DNA of 64,000 bases, from assembly GCA_050952845.1 (NCBI GenBank), contig JBMNLP010000001.1:3143640-3207639 (forward strand), in the 5' to 3' direction. The stretch is from Christensenellales bacterium (GTDB taxonomy: Bacteria > Bacillota > Clostridia > Christensenellales > Aristaeellaceae). Below the pieces are notes generated by a model. That model searched no databases. It was not told the DNA's origin and was given only the letters and a program-made list of their open reading frames with translations. Position 1 is the stretch's first letter. Every line of letters begins with the position of its first letter. This document shows positions 7,834 through 16,973 of the stretch, piece by piece. The translations under genes and the position numbers were made by a program.

Positions 7834-9186
7834 ATGTCCAAGTACTTTGGCACTGACGGCTTCAGGGGTGAAGCCAATATCGACCTGACTGTCGACCATG
7901 CATTCCGGATCGGCCGGTTTCTCGGCTGGTATTTTGGCAAGTTTCATCCCTGCCGGGCTGTGATTGGCAAGGACACCCGCCGCTCCAGCTATATGTTTGA
8001 ATATGCCCTGTCTGCCGGGCTGACGGCGTCTGGCGCCGATGTGTCACTATTGCATGTGACGACGACGCCCAGCGTGTCCTATATATCCAGGGTGGAAAAC
8101 TTCGATTGCGGCATTATGATTTCAGCCAGTCATAATCCCTACTACGATAATGGCATCAAGCTGTTCAACTCCAACGGCGAGAAGATGGATGACAGCGTGA
8201 TCAGCGAGATCGAAGCCTTCCTCGACAGTGAGGATACCCTGCCCTATGCCAAGCGTGAGCAGATCGGCAGAACCATCGACTATGCTTCGGGCCGCAACCG
8301 CTACATCGGCTATCTGATTACCCTGGCGCGCCACTCCTACAAAAATATGAAGGTGGGGTTGGACTGCGCCAACGGCAGCACCTGGGAGATCGCCAAAAAC
8401 GTATTCGAAACGCTGGGCGCCGAAACCTTTGTGATTGGCAACAAGCCCAATGGCTTAAACATCAACCGGGATTGCGGTTCCACGCATATCGAACGCATGC
8501 AGATGGTGGTGCGTGAAAACCATCTGGATGTGGGCTTCGCCTTTGATGGCGACGCGGATCGCTGTATCGCGGTGGATGAGCATGGCAATGTTGTGGACGG
8601 GGACCTGATCCTCTACATATACGGCTTGCACATGAAGGAGCGCGATAAGCTGGTCAAGAACACCCTGGTCACCACCGTCATGAGCAACTACGGCCTGTTT
8701 AAGGCGCTGGACAAGGCCGGCATCGACTATATCAAAACCGCGGTGGGCGACAGGCATGTGTATGAAGCGATGCGTTCGGGCGGTTACCTGCTGGGCGGCG
8801 AACAATCCGGCCACATCATCTTTGCCAAATATGCCAACAGCGGCGATGGCGTGCTGACCGCCATGAAGGTCATGCAGGCCATGCTGGACAGGAAGGCGCC
8901 GCTGTCCAAGCTGGCAGAGCCGGTGGTGATCTACCCGCAGGTGTTGAAAAATGTGCGTGTCACCGACCGGGACGCTGCCATGGCGGACGAGGATGTGCAG
9001 CTGGCTGCTGAAGCTGCCAACGCTGCCCTGGACCAGGATGGCAGGCTGCTGTTGAGAAAGAGCGGCACCGAACCGCTGCTGCGCGTGATGGCTGAAGCGC
9101 CGGAGCAGGATGCCTGCGAAAAGCATGTGAACGACGTCATCGACGTACTGAGCCGTAAAGGCTATCTGATTGGGGTGAAATCATGA
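7834..9186 (+). CDS. glmM: phosphoglucosamine mutase
   Basis: The start was set at ATG 7834 (MSKYFGTDGFRG) after an aaggggg SD. Motifs: phosphoserine loop ISASHNPYYDNGIK, metal loop FDGDADR and GEQSGH. Confidence 0.95.
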   Translation: MSKYFGTDGFRGEANIDLTVDHAFRIGRFLGWYFGKFHPCRAVIGKDTRRSSYMFEYALSAGLTASGADVSLLHVTTTPSVSYISRVENFDCGIMISASHNPYYDNGIKLFNSNGEKMDDSVISEIEAFLDSEDTLPYAKREQIGRTIDYASGRNRYIGYLITLARHSYKNMKVGLDCANGSTWEIAKNVFETLGAETFVIGNKPNGLNINRDCGSTHIERMQMVVRENHLDVGFAFDGDADRCIAVDEHGNVVDGDLILYIYGLHMKERDKLVKNTLVTTVMSNYGLFKALDKAGIDYIKTAVGDRHVYEAMRSGGYLLGGEQSGHIIFAKYANSGDGVLTAMKVMQAMLDRKAPLSKLAEPVVIYPQVLKNVRVTDRDAAMADEDVQLAAEAANAALDQDGRLLLRKSGTEPLLRVMAEAPEQDACEKHVNDVIDVLSRKGYLIGVKS

Positions 9187-9842
9187 TCACGGTGCAGCAT
9201 TTGCTGGATGTGTCGCATACCATCGCGGCGCCCCTGTTTGAGGGGATCACCCACCCATGGGAGGTGCTGCCCGGCATCGCGGCGTTTATATGGAATTTGG
9301 GCCCTGTGCTCGATCCGGCTTTGTATGACAACCCCCGCGAGGGCGTGTGGATCGCCAAGGATGCGGAGGTTGCCCCCTCTGCCTACATTGCCGGCCCCTG
9401 CATCATCGACCTGGGCACCGAAATCCGCCATTGTGCGTTCATCCGCGGCAGCGCTGTCATCGGCAAGGGCTGTGTGGTGGGCAACTCCACCGAGGTGAAA
9501 AACGCCGTGCTGTTTGACCGGGTGCAGGTGCCGCATTTCAACTACGTGGGCGATTCCGTGTTAGGCTATCGGGCGCACATGGGTGCCGGCAGCATCACTT
9601 CCAACGTAAAAGGCGATCACTCCCCGGTGGAGGTCGTATTGGAAGGGCGGCGCATCGCCACCAGCCTGAAGAAGTTCGGCGCCATCCTGGGCGACCATGC
9701 CGAGATAGGCTGCAATGCCGTGCTGAACCCCGGCGTCATCATAGGCCGGGGCAGCAATGTGTACCCTACCGTCAATGTGCGGGGCGTGGTGCCGGCAAAC
9801 AGCATTGTAAAACAGGCAGGCGTGGTGGTGGAAAAAAGGTAG
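9183..9842 (+). CDS. left-handed beta-helix (hexapeptide repeat) acyltransferase-like protein, GlmU C-terminal-domain-like
   Basis: 219 aa with hexapeptide repeats (IGKGCVVGNSTEVKNAVL, IGCNAVLNPGVIIGRGSNV). Its ATG overlaps the glmM stop (ATGA at 9183-9186). Confidence 0.65.
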   Translation: MITVQHLLDVSHTIAAPLFEGITHPWEVLPGIAAFIWNLGPVLDPALYDNPREGVWIAKDAEVAPSAYIAGPCIIDLGTEIRHCAFIRGSAVIGKGCVVGNSTEVKNAVLFDRVQVPHFNYVGDSVLGYRAHMGAGSITSNVKGDHSPVEVVLEGRRIATSLKKFGAILGDHAEIGCNAVLNPGVIIGRGSNVYPTVNVRGVVPANSIVKQAGVVVEKR

Positions 9843-9866
9843 CGCCAAGCATTCCCGTACAATGGA

Positions 9867-12800
9867 TCAGTCCGCGCGTGTGCCGATCAGCCTGTCCCAA
9901 TGAGGAGAAGGATTGATGGGCTTAGTTTCGCCGACGGTGATGGGGTTTTCCTCCGTCACCCGGACAGGCTGCCCCAGGTGCAGGGAGTACAGCCATGCCT
10001 CCTTCACAGGATAGGGCGTGATGTCGCGCAACGCGCGCATGTACCAGCGCATCTGGTCGCGGTATTTGTGCAATATGCCGGGCAGGTCGTCCCGGTCGGT
10101 TTTATAGTCCAGCACCACCCAGGCGCCATCCTCTAAGAAGCAGCAGTCGATGACGCCCTGCAGCAGCAGGTTGCGCTCGACCAGCAGCGTGAATGACCAT
10201 TCCCGCTGTGGCGCCTGGGCATTCAGCAGCCGCTTGCCCAGGCTGCTTTCCAGGAAAGCCGCCAGGCCTTCCGGCTCAGCCGCGGCATGTTCCTCTTTGG
10301 TCAATATATTCTGGCTTAACAGCCAATCCAGGTTTTTCACGATGGCGTCCCTGAGTTGTTCACCGGCGAGGCCTTTTAATGACGTCAGGTCGATGGCGCC
10401 CAGCGCTTTGTGGATGGCGGAGCCGCGTTCAGCCCGCGTTAAACGGCGCTGAGGGGCGTCCAGGTCGGGCAGCAGCGGGAAGGGCGTGTTCAGCTGCAGC
10501 ATGCGCCGCTTCATGGCGGGCGTCTCCACCTCGTTTTCGCCGTCCGGCGACCACAGCAGCAGCGATGTCACTGAAGCCTTCATCAGCGGCGTGGCGTTGG
10601 AGCGCAGCGGCGCCTCCATCATCGCTTTCATTGCGTCGGAAGGCGGCGTGGCAGGCCAGGATGCCTGAACATGCGGCGCCTCCGGCGCTGCGGTAGGCAG
10701 TGCACTAGGGTCAAGGTACCAGGCAATCTGCCATTCGCTGCCTCCAGGCGGTGAATAGAGTCCGTTCTGCCGCTCTTTCAGCGATGGATACAGGCTGTTG
10801 CCCACCCAGTCCAGCATGCACCGCGCGCTGCCGGCGGCATAATCCCCCTGGGGGAGGGACCATTGCCTTTCCGCTGCCCGCAGCGATTTGGGCGACCCTA
10901 TCAGGATCAGCCGATCCTGGGCGCGCGTCATGCCGACATATAAAAGACGGGCTTCTTCGCTGCGGATGCCGCGGTTGCGCACGTGCATCAGGGCTTTGCC
11001 TGCAAACGACAGGTAGGTCATGCGCCGGTCCACATCCCGCACGCGCAATGCCAGGCCGTGCGCTGCGTCGCACAGCAGCAATTCGCCGCGGTCTGCCATT
11101 CGGAACGCGCGGGCGATGTCCGGCATGAACACAACCGGGAACTCCAGCCCCTTGGACTTGTGGATGGTCATGATGCGCACGACGTTTTCGTTGGCGCCCA
11201 GCGCCGCGGCAGCCAGGGAGGTATCCTGCCGGCGCGCGTCGTGCACGCGGGCCAGGAAGGTCTGCAGCGAGGCTTCGGGGCCCAGGTTGGCTGCCCTTTC
11301 GCAAAGCAGGCGCAGATTGGCGCGCCGCAGTTCGCCGCCGGGGAGCGCGCCCGCCCGCGTATACAGCCCCGTATCGCGGATCAGATAGCGTAAAAACCCT
11401 TCCAGCGGGCCGGTTTGCGCCCGGAACCGCCATTCGTTCAACCTTCGGTTTGCTTCGGTTACTTTGGCATCGCGGTCCACCAGGCCAAAAAAGGCCTCGT
11501 AAAAAGGTATGTCCTTATCCGGCGCGCTCAGGCGGATTTCAGCCAATTCCAGCGGCGTGAAACCAAAGCAGGGGCTGGACAGCGCCGACATCAGCGGCAC
11601 ATCCTGCAGGGGATTGTCCAGCACCCTGAGGATGTTGAGGATGTCGTTGACCTCGCTGATATCAAAATACTGGGCGTCCGCGTCAGAATATACCGGTATG
11701 CCATAGGACTGCAGCGTGCGGGCCATGGCGCCGGCACGCCCGGACACGCTGCGCATCAATATCACAATATCGCGATATTGCAGGCGCTTGCCGGGCCCGC
11801 TGTCGGGCAGGGATGCATCGGTCAATTCGGCAATGCGCCGGGCGATCAACCGCGCCTCAGTGACATGGGCTTTCTCCGGCAAGGCGTCATCCCGTTCCTC
11901 GTTTTCAGCGTCCAGCCTGTCCTCCTCGGGCGGACTGTCGGCAGATGCCTCCTCATCCGGGGCGATCAGGTGCAGCTCCACCGGCGGATCGCCGGCGCTG
12001 GGTTTGCCGGCGCGCAGCGCAGCCTCCTCATCGTAGGCGATCTCGGTGACAGCGCTTCGCATGGCGCCCCGGAACACCAAGTTGACGGCATTCAGTATGT
12101 TTTCGCGCGACCGGAAGTTTTCCCGCAGCACAATCAACCGCTCGGCTGCGTCAGCGTTCCGGCTGAAACGGTCGAACTTCTCTAAAAACAGCCCCGGGTC
12201 AGCCAGGCGAAAGCGGTAGATGCTCTGCTTGACGTCGCCCACCATGAACAGGTCGGCTTTGGAGCGGATTTTTTGGATGATGGCTTCCTGGATGCGGGAT
12301 ATGTCCTGGTATTCATCCACGAATACGGCATCAAAGGCTTTCGCGGCATCCTCCAGCACCAGCGGATGGCTCAGCGCGCGCAGCGCCAGGTGTTCCAGGT
12401 CGTTATAGTCCAGCAGCAGCCGCGCGCGCTTCAGCTCGGCATAGCGGTCGTGCATTTTCTTCACCAAATCGGCCAGGGCACGCAGCGCCGGCAGCGTGTA
12501 CGCCATATCCCGGGCAGCGGCTTGAGCCTGCTCGCCCTCCTGGGGCAGCAGGGCACAGGCTTCCAGCACGGCGGCTTTGGCGGCATCGCGCTTGTGCTTG
12601 AACTGCTCCTGTAGCTCGGGCGATTCATTGTCCGCCGCCCGCTTGCGGGACAGCGCGTCAAACCGCGGGTTGGCGCCCCGGGGCAGGCGGTCCGTTTCGT
12701 TCAGCTCATTCAGAATGGTTCGCACCAGCTCTAAGTCAACCAGGGCGTTGGATTCATAGCGGTTGGGGCCGTCGGGCAGGCGGGCGATGGCCAGACAATC

Positions 12801-13454
12801 CGCTAACAGCTGCTCTGCGCCCTGCAGCTTCAGCAGCGCTTCACTTAGCGCGATATGGTACCAGGGGTGGTCGAACAGGCTGTGCTCGTCCGGCGCTGTT
12901 AAATGGCTGTTCAGCCAGGTCCAGGGATCGTCCTGCGCCATCAGGAAGGCGTATAACGCACGCGCCATGTCGAGAATCTGCTCGTCCTCAAACTGCCGGA
13001 TCAGCTGTGCGCCGTCCTCCCCCGGCGCGGTGTACAGCGCATCCATCACCTCGTCCAGCGCGCGTTCCTTCAAGGCGGTGGTTTCGCCGCCGTTGTCCAC
13101 ACGGGACAGCGGGTCCACATCGGCTGCCTGAAAATAGCGTTTGATAATTTTATTGCAAAAGGTATGCAAAGTGGAGATATCGGCGCTTGATATTTTACCG
13201 TATTGCCGGCGCATGTGCGCACTGCTGCCGGCTTCCCTGGCGATGGCGGTGTCCAGCCGGTCGCGCATTTCGCCGGCTGCGGCACGGGTAAAGGTAATCA
13301 CCAGCAGCCGGTCAATGGGCATGCCGCCGCGCAGTTTAGCCATGATGCGCGCTATCAGCACCGATGTTTTTCCTGAGCCTGCCGCCGCGCTGACCAGGAT
13401 GTCCTGGTTGTCTGCCTCGATGGCGCTGCGCTGCGCCTTCGTCCACTCCCTCAT
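9867..13454 (-). CDS. addA: ATP-dependent helicase/nuclease subunit A (AddA/RexA type)
   Basis: The start was set at MREWTKAQ (13454). It has UvrD helicase motif I AAAGSGKTSVL, motif II VFVDEYQD, and a C-terminal PD-(D/E)XK nuclease motif GVIDCCF...VVLDYKTD. Confidence 0.85.
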   Translation of the reverse strand: MREWTKAQRSAIEADNQDILVSAAAGSGKTSVLIARIMAKLRGGMPIDRLLVITFTRAAAGEMRDRLDTAIAREAGSSAHMRRQYGKISSADISTLHTFCNKIIKRYFQAADVDPLSRVDNGGETTALKERALDEVMDALYTAPGEDGAQLIRQFEDEQILDMARALYAFLMAQDDPWTWLNSHLTAPDEHSLFDHPWYHIALSEALLKLQGAEQLLADCLAIARLPDGPNRYESNALVDLELVRTILNELNETDRLPRGANPRFDALSRKRAADNESPELQEQFKHKRDAAKAAVLEACALLPQEGEQAQAAARDMAYTLPALRALADLVKKMHDRYAELKRARLLLDYNDLEHLALRALSHPLVLEDAAKAFDAVFVDEYQDISRIQEAIIQKIRSKADLFMVGDVKQSIYRFRLADPGLFLEKFDRFSRNADAAERLIVLRENFRSRENILNAVNLVFRGAMRSAVTEIAYDEEAALRAGKPSAGDPPVELHLIAPDEEASADSPPEEDRLDAENEERDDALPEKAHVTEARLIARRIAELTDASLPDSGPGKRLQYRDIVILMRSVSGRAGAMARTLQSYGIPVYSDADAQYFDISEVNDILNILRVLDNPLQDVPLMSALSSPCFGFTPLELAEIRLSAPDKDIPFYEAFFGLVDRDAKVTEANRRLNEWRFRAQTGPLEGFLRYLIRDTGLYTRAGALPGGELRRANLRLLCERAANLGPEASLQTFLARVHDARRQDTSLAAAALGANENVVRIMTIHKSKGLEFPVVFMPDIARAFRMADRGELLLCDAAHGLALRVRDVDRRMTYLSFAGKALMHVRNRGIRSEEARLLYVGMTRAQDRLILIGSPKSLRAAERQWSLPQGDYAAGSARCMLDWVGNSLYPSLKERQNGLYSPPGGSEWQIAWYLDPSALPTAAPEAPHVQASWPATPPSDAMKAMMEAPLRSNATPLMKASVTSLLLWSPDGENEVETPAMKRRMLQLNTPFPLLPDLDAPQRRLTRAERGSAIHKALGAIDLTSLKGLAGEQLRDAIVKNLDWLLSQNILTKEEHAAAEPEGLAAFLESSLGKRLLNAQAPQREWSFTLLVERNLLLQGVIDCCFLEDGAWVVLDYKTDRDDLPGILHKYRDQMRWYMRALRDITPYPVKEAWLYSLHLGQPVRVTEENPITVGETKPINPSPHWDRLIGTRAD

Positions 13455-13650
13455 TCCCTGCCCCTTTATTTCTGACGTGCTTATCCGGCGTTCGCGTTCC
13501 CCTTGCATGATATGATCACATTGTATATGGTTTGAGGTGGCGCTGCAAGGAGCGACGTCTGCCAGGGAAATTGCCGGATTCCCCTGTTTTTGGATTCAAA
13601 ACCTGTGCCCGATGTGGTATGATGGCGCCAAACATTTCAGGAGGATGCGC

Positions 13651-14532
13651 ATGACGACAGGACAGACAAAGCCGGGTCTGGGCGTGCTGCTGGTGGTGGC
13701 AGGCTGCGCGTTGTGGAGTTTTTCAGGCGTGTTGAGCAAATGGACGCCCTGGGGGCCGCTATCCATCGTGGGCATACGCGCCGTGTCCGCAGCGCTGGTG
13801 TTCGGTTGGCTGCGCGGGGACTTCCGCGTCCGCCTCACGCGCGGCAACTGGCTGGGCGCGGTGGGCGTGGCATTCACATCGCTGTTGTTCGTGGTTGCCA
13901 CCAAAATGACCACCGCTGCCAACGCCATCGTGCTGCAATACGCGATGCCGGTGTTTGTTATATTAGCCTGCTACCTGTTGTTCGGGCAGAAGCCTTCAGG
14001 GCTGGACATCGCCGCCGCTGTTGTAACCATGGTGGGCGTGGCGCTGTGCTTTGTATCGGGTTTGACAACGGGCAACCCCGCGGGCGACGCGTTGGCGCTG
14101 CTGAGCGCCGTGACATTTTCCATGGTGTTTTTTGCGGCGCGGATGCCCGATGCCGACCCGATGGACTATGTCTACCTGGGCAACCTGCTGCTGAGCGTTT
14201 TTGTGTTCACCATTCCTTTTGACGAAGGTTTTATCGTCACTGTGCCCACCGTCATGGCTGCGCTGGCGCTGTGCATATGCCTGACGGGCGGCTATCTGTT
14301 GTTTTCTCAGGGCATGAAAGCCGGGGTCAGCCCGGTCGCCGCCGCCATTGTTGCCAACATTGAGCCTGTGCTGAACCCCATTTGGGTGTTCCTGGCGCTG
14401 GGCGAGATGCCGGGCTGGCTGACCATTTGGGGCGCGCTGCTGGTGATCGGCGCCGTAACGGCCTATGGCATCCTCAACGCCAGGCGCACGGAACGGGGCA
14501 TGCGCAGGGCAAACGCTTCCAAAAGCACGTAG
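13651..14532 (+). CDS. DMT-superfamily (EamA-type) transporter
   Basis: The start was set at ATG 13651 after an aggagga SD. The protein is polytopic and hydrophobic with two EamA-like halves. Confidence 0.8.
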   Translation: MTTGQTKPGLGVLLVVAGCALWSFSGVLSKWTPWGPLSIVGIRAVSAALVFGWLRGDFRVRLTRGNWLGAVGVAFTSLLFVVATKMTTAANAIVLQYAMPVFVILACYLLFGQKPSGLDIAAAVVTMVGVALCFVSGLTTGNPAGDALALLSAVTFSMVFFAARMPDADPMDYVYLGNLLLSVFVFTIPFDEGFIVTVPTVMAALALCICLTGGYLLFSQGMKAGVSPVAAAIVANIEPVLNPIWVFLALGEMPGWLTIWGALLVIGAVTAYGILNARRTERGMRRANASKST

Positions 14533-14647
14533 CCATTGTACGGCAGCTGGTTGGCAGCTTTTTTCTGAAAAACCGAAATAAAACATCCCGGTGCTTTTTT
14601 CCCGTCGTCCTTTGGGATAGAATATGCTATCAAAACGGTGAGGAGGC

Positions 14648-15349
14648 ATGGCAACAGTGAGAAAAGCGTTCAGGGCTGCATTCCCCCTCACCCTCCCCGT
14701 CATGGCGGGGTACCTGGTGCTGGGGTTTGGCTTTGGATTGCTGCTGGAATCCAAGGGGTATGGCATCAGCTGGGCCCTCATCATGAGCGTGTCAATCTAC
14801 GCCGGCGCCATGCAGTATATGGCGGTGGACCTGCTGGCAGGCGGCGCGTCGCTGATATCCTGTGCGCTGATGACGCTGCTGATCAACGCCCGGCACCTGT
14901 TCTATGGCTTGTCGCTGCTGGATAAATACAAGGGCATGGGATGGAAAAAGCCTGCGCTGATCTTCCAGCTGACCGACGAAACCTACTCCCTGGTTTGTGT
15001 GACCGAACCGCCCCCTGGGGTGGATAAAGGTTGGTTTTACCTGACGATATCGTCGCTGAACCATTTATACTGGATTGTGGGCGGCATGGCCGGCACCGCG
15101 GCGGGCAGCCTGTTTGGGCTGAATACCGCCGGTGTGTCTTTTTCCATGACGGCGCTGTTTGTGGTAATCTTTACCGACCAGTGGTTGAAAAACCGCAACA
15201 AGCTGCCCGCGGCGGTGGGCGTCGGTGTGACGCTCGTCTGCCTGCTGGTGTTCGGGCCCGATCGCTTTATCATCCCCGCCATGGCGGGCATCGCGCTGGC
15301 GCTGGTGGCGCTGAAGAATAAAATCCCTGCCGGGGAGGCTGCGCCATGA
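14648..15349 (+). CDS. azlC: AzlC-family branched-chain amino acid exporter subunit
   Basis: 233 aa with the YAGAMQY motif. It is followed by an overlapping small AzlD partner. Confidence 0.85.
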   Translation: MATVRKAFRAAFPLTLPVMAGYLVLGFGFGLLLESKGYGISWALIMSVSIYAGAMQYMAVDLLAGGASLISCALMTLLINARHLFYGLSLLDKYKGMGWKKPALIFQLTDETYSLVCVTEPPPGVDKGWFYLTISSLNHLYWIVGGMAGTAAGSLFGLNTAGVSFSMTALFVVIFTDQWLKNRNKLPAAVGVGVTLVCLLVFGPDRFIIPAMAGIALALVALKNKIPAGEAAP

Positions 15350-15675
15350 GCGCGGGGTTCACAGCCCTGCAAATTGCAGTGATCGCCGCGGTGACGGCGC
15401 TGCTGCGCTTTCTGCCTTTCCTGGCCTTCCCGCCGGGCAGAAAAACGCCGCCCGTTATCGCCTATCTCAGCCGTGCGCTGCCGCCTGCCGTCATCGGCAT
15501 GCTGGTGATATACTGCCTGAAGGATACCGCTCCCTTTGCCCCGCCTTACGCGCTGCCCGAAATCATATCGGTGGCGCTGGTGGTGGTGACCTATCTATGG
15601 AAAAAAAGCCCGCTGATCAGCATCGCGGGCGGCACGTTGTGCTATATGCTGCTGGTGCAGGTTGTGTTTGTATAG
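15346..15675 (+). CDS. azlD: AzlD-family branched-chain amino acid exporter small subunit
   Basis: 109-aa hydrophobic protein. Its start overlaps the azlC stop (ATGA). Confidence 0.8.
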   Translation: MSAGFTALQIAVIAAVTALLRFLPFLAFPPGRKTPPVIAYLSRALPPAVIGMLVIYCLKDTAPFAPPYALPEIISVALVVVTYLWKKSPLISIAGGTLCYMLLVQVVFV

Positions 15676-15857
15676 GCATTCCGAAGGATAGAACAATTAT
15701 GCAGGCGAAGGAGGAACATTCGGTTTCGTCTGTAGAAAATAACTTCATAAAGTATATTATTTAAAATATTGAATAAATATCAAGTTCGATTACCCAATAT
15801 ATTCTATGTTGTTTCGTCAGAATTTAAAAACAGGCATAATGTTTATAGCAATTTAAC

Positions 15858-16364
15858 TTAACAAAGCGCATAACCATCGTGTCTGAACCAAGCAGCGATG
15901 TCATCAAGAGATATGGCATCCAGAGCTTGTAAAATAGCATGATCCATCAAATCTTTGGTTCTTATCTTGAGTTTTCTCAGGATGGCTTTGACTTTCGACC
16001 ACAATAGCTCAATTGGGTTCAAGTCTGGACTGTAAGGTGGCAGATACATGACGGAAGCACCTACCGCCTCAATGGCTCCAGCAATCCCTTTGACCTTATG
16101 TGAACTCAAGTTGTCCATGATGACGATGTCTCCCGGCTTAAGTGAAGGTGCAAGCATGTGTTCAACATAAGCCTTGAACAAGTCCCCGTTGAGGGCGCCT
16201 TCAAACACCAAAGGAACCATGGTCCCATCCATGCGAACGGATGATAGGATCGATGTCCGCTCAAATCGCGTATCAGGCATTGCTTCCCTTACACGTTGGT
16301 GACTGGATGAACGTCCATAGATACGGGTCATGCCGGTGTTGATACCACTCTCATCTAAGAACAC
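15858..16364 (-). CDS. IS630 transposase, DDE catalytic part (orfB; the frame is open upstream to the A9 run)
   Basis: VFLDESG, IMDNLSSHK and YLPPYSPDLNPIELLW are DD(E/D) motifs of IS630/Tc1-type transposases. The same frame upstream reads KKTGYAAEQDREDIRLQRKQWKDHQATLDPHRLVF. Confidence 0.8.
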   Translation of the reverse strand: MFLDESGINTGMTRIYGRSSSHQRVREAMPDTRFERTSILSSVRMDGTMVPLVFEGALNGDLFKAYVEHMLAPSLKPGDIVIMDNLSSHKVKGIAGAIEAVGASVMYLPPYSPDLNPIELLWSKVKAILRKLKIRTKDLMDHAILQALDAISLDDIAAWFRHDGYALC

Positions 16365-16377
16365 CAGGCGATGAGGA

Positions 16378-16806
16378 TCAAGGGTCGCCTGGTGATCTTT
16401 CCATTGTTTTCGCTGTAGACGGATATCTTCCCTGTCTTGTTCCGCCGCGTAACCCGTTTTTTTTTCGCACGAACCCTAACTTATACTTTATGATCTTGCA
16501 TAGCGCAGCTTCACTCAAAGGAAGCGAATACTCTTCTATCAACTCCCGCAATGTCACATCAGGCTGTCTCTTGATTCGTTCCCTGATTATTTCAAGGGTT
16601 TCGGGACTTAACCTGGGTTTCCTTCCATTGTTGAGCGGACGCGCTTCATGACTTCCCGTTTCTCGGTACAGACGGAGCAATCGCACAATCGTACTTTGGT
16701 TTACTTCCTTTTCACGTGCTATTTGGGCGATTGTATCCCCACGCTCCCGGGCTTTGATGATCCTGATCCTCATATCATTGGATAATGGTGCTGGCATCAT
16801 ATTCAC
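16378..16806 (-). CDS. IS630 transposase, N-terminal HTH part (orfA)
   Basis: 142 aa, with helix-turn-helix segments (GDTIAQIAREKEVNQSTIVRLLR; DVTLRELIEEYS). The frame runs out shortly after the A9 run. Confidence 0.8.
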   Translation of the reverse strand: MNMMPAPLSNDMRIRIIKARERGDTIAQIAREKEVNQSTIVRLLRLYRETGSHEARPLNNGRKPRLSPETLEIIRERIKRQPDVTLRELIEEYSLPLSEAALCKIIKYKLGFVRKKNGLRGGTRQGRYPSTAKTMERSPGDP

Positions 16807-16909
16807 CTCCTCTATTACAATATAACATACGGGCTGTGTTTTGTAAAATTGCTATATTAACTGTTGTTTTAAAAAAGTAGAATTGAAAAGTTAGGAATTA
16901 ATATTATGC

Positions 16910-16938
16910 TTGCCACCATCCCTAACATTGAGTATAAT
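16910..16938 (+). promoter_or_regulatory. candidate promoter of the island-1 ABC transporter operon
   Basis: TTGCCA (16910-16915), a 17-nt spacer, then TATAAT (16933-16938). It lies about 55 bp downstream of the IS630 end. Confidence 0.5.
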
Positions 16939-16973
16939 AACTATACAATTAAAAATCTTGCCACTTAAAATTC

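Larger units (their letters stand above)
15844..16856 (-). mobile_element. IS630-family insertion sequence
   Basis: Terminal inverted repeats tatagcaattt(a)ac (15844-) and gt(a)aaattgctata (-16856) match at about 20 of 26 positions. The outermost TA dinucleotides fit IS630/Tc1 TA target duplication. The transposase is in two frames joined at an A9 run (16457-16465). Confidence 0.85.
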
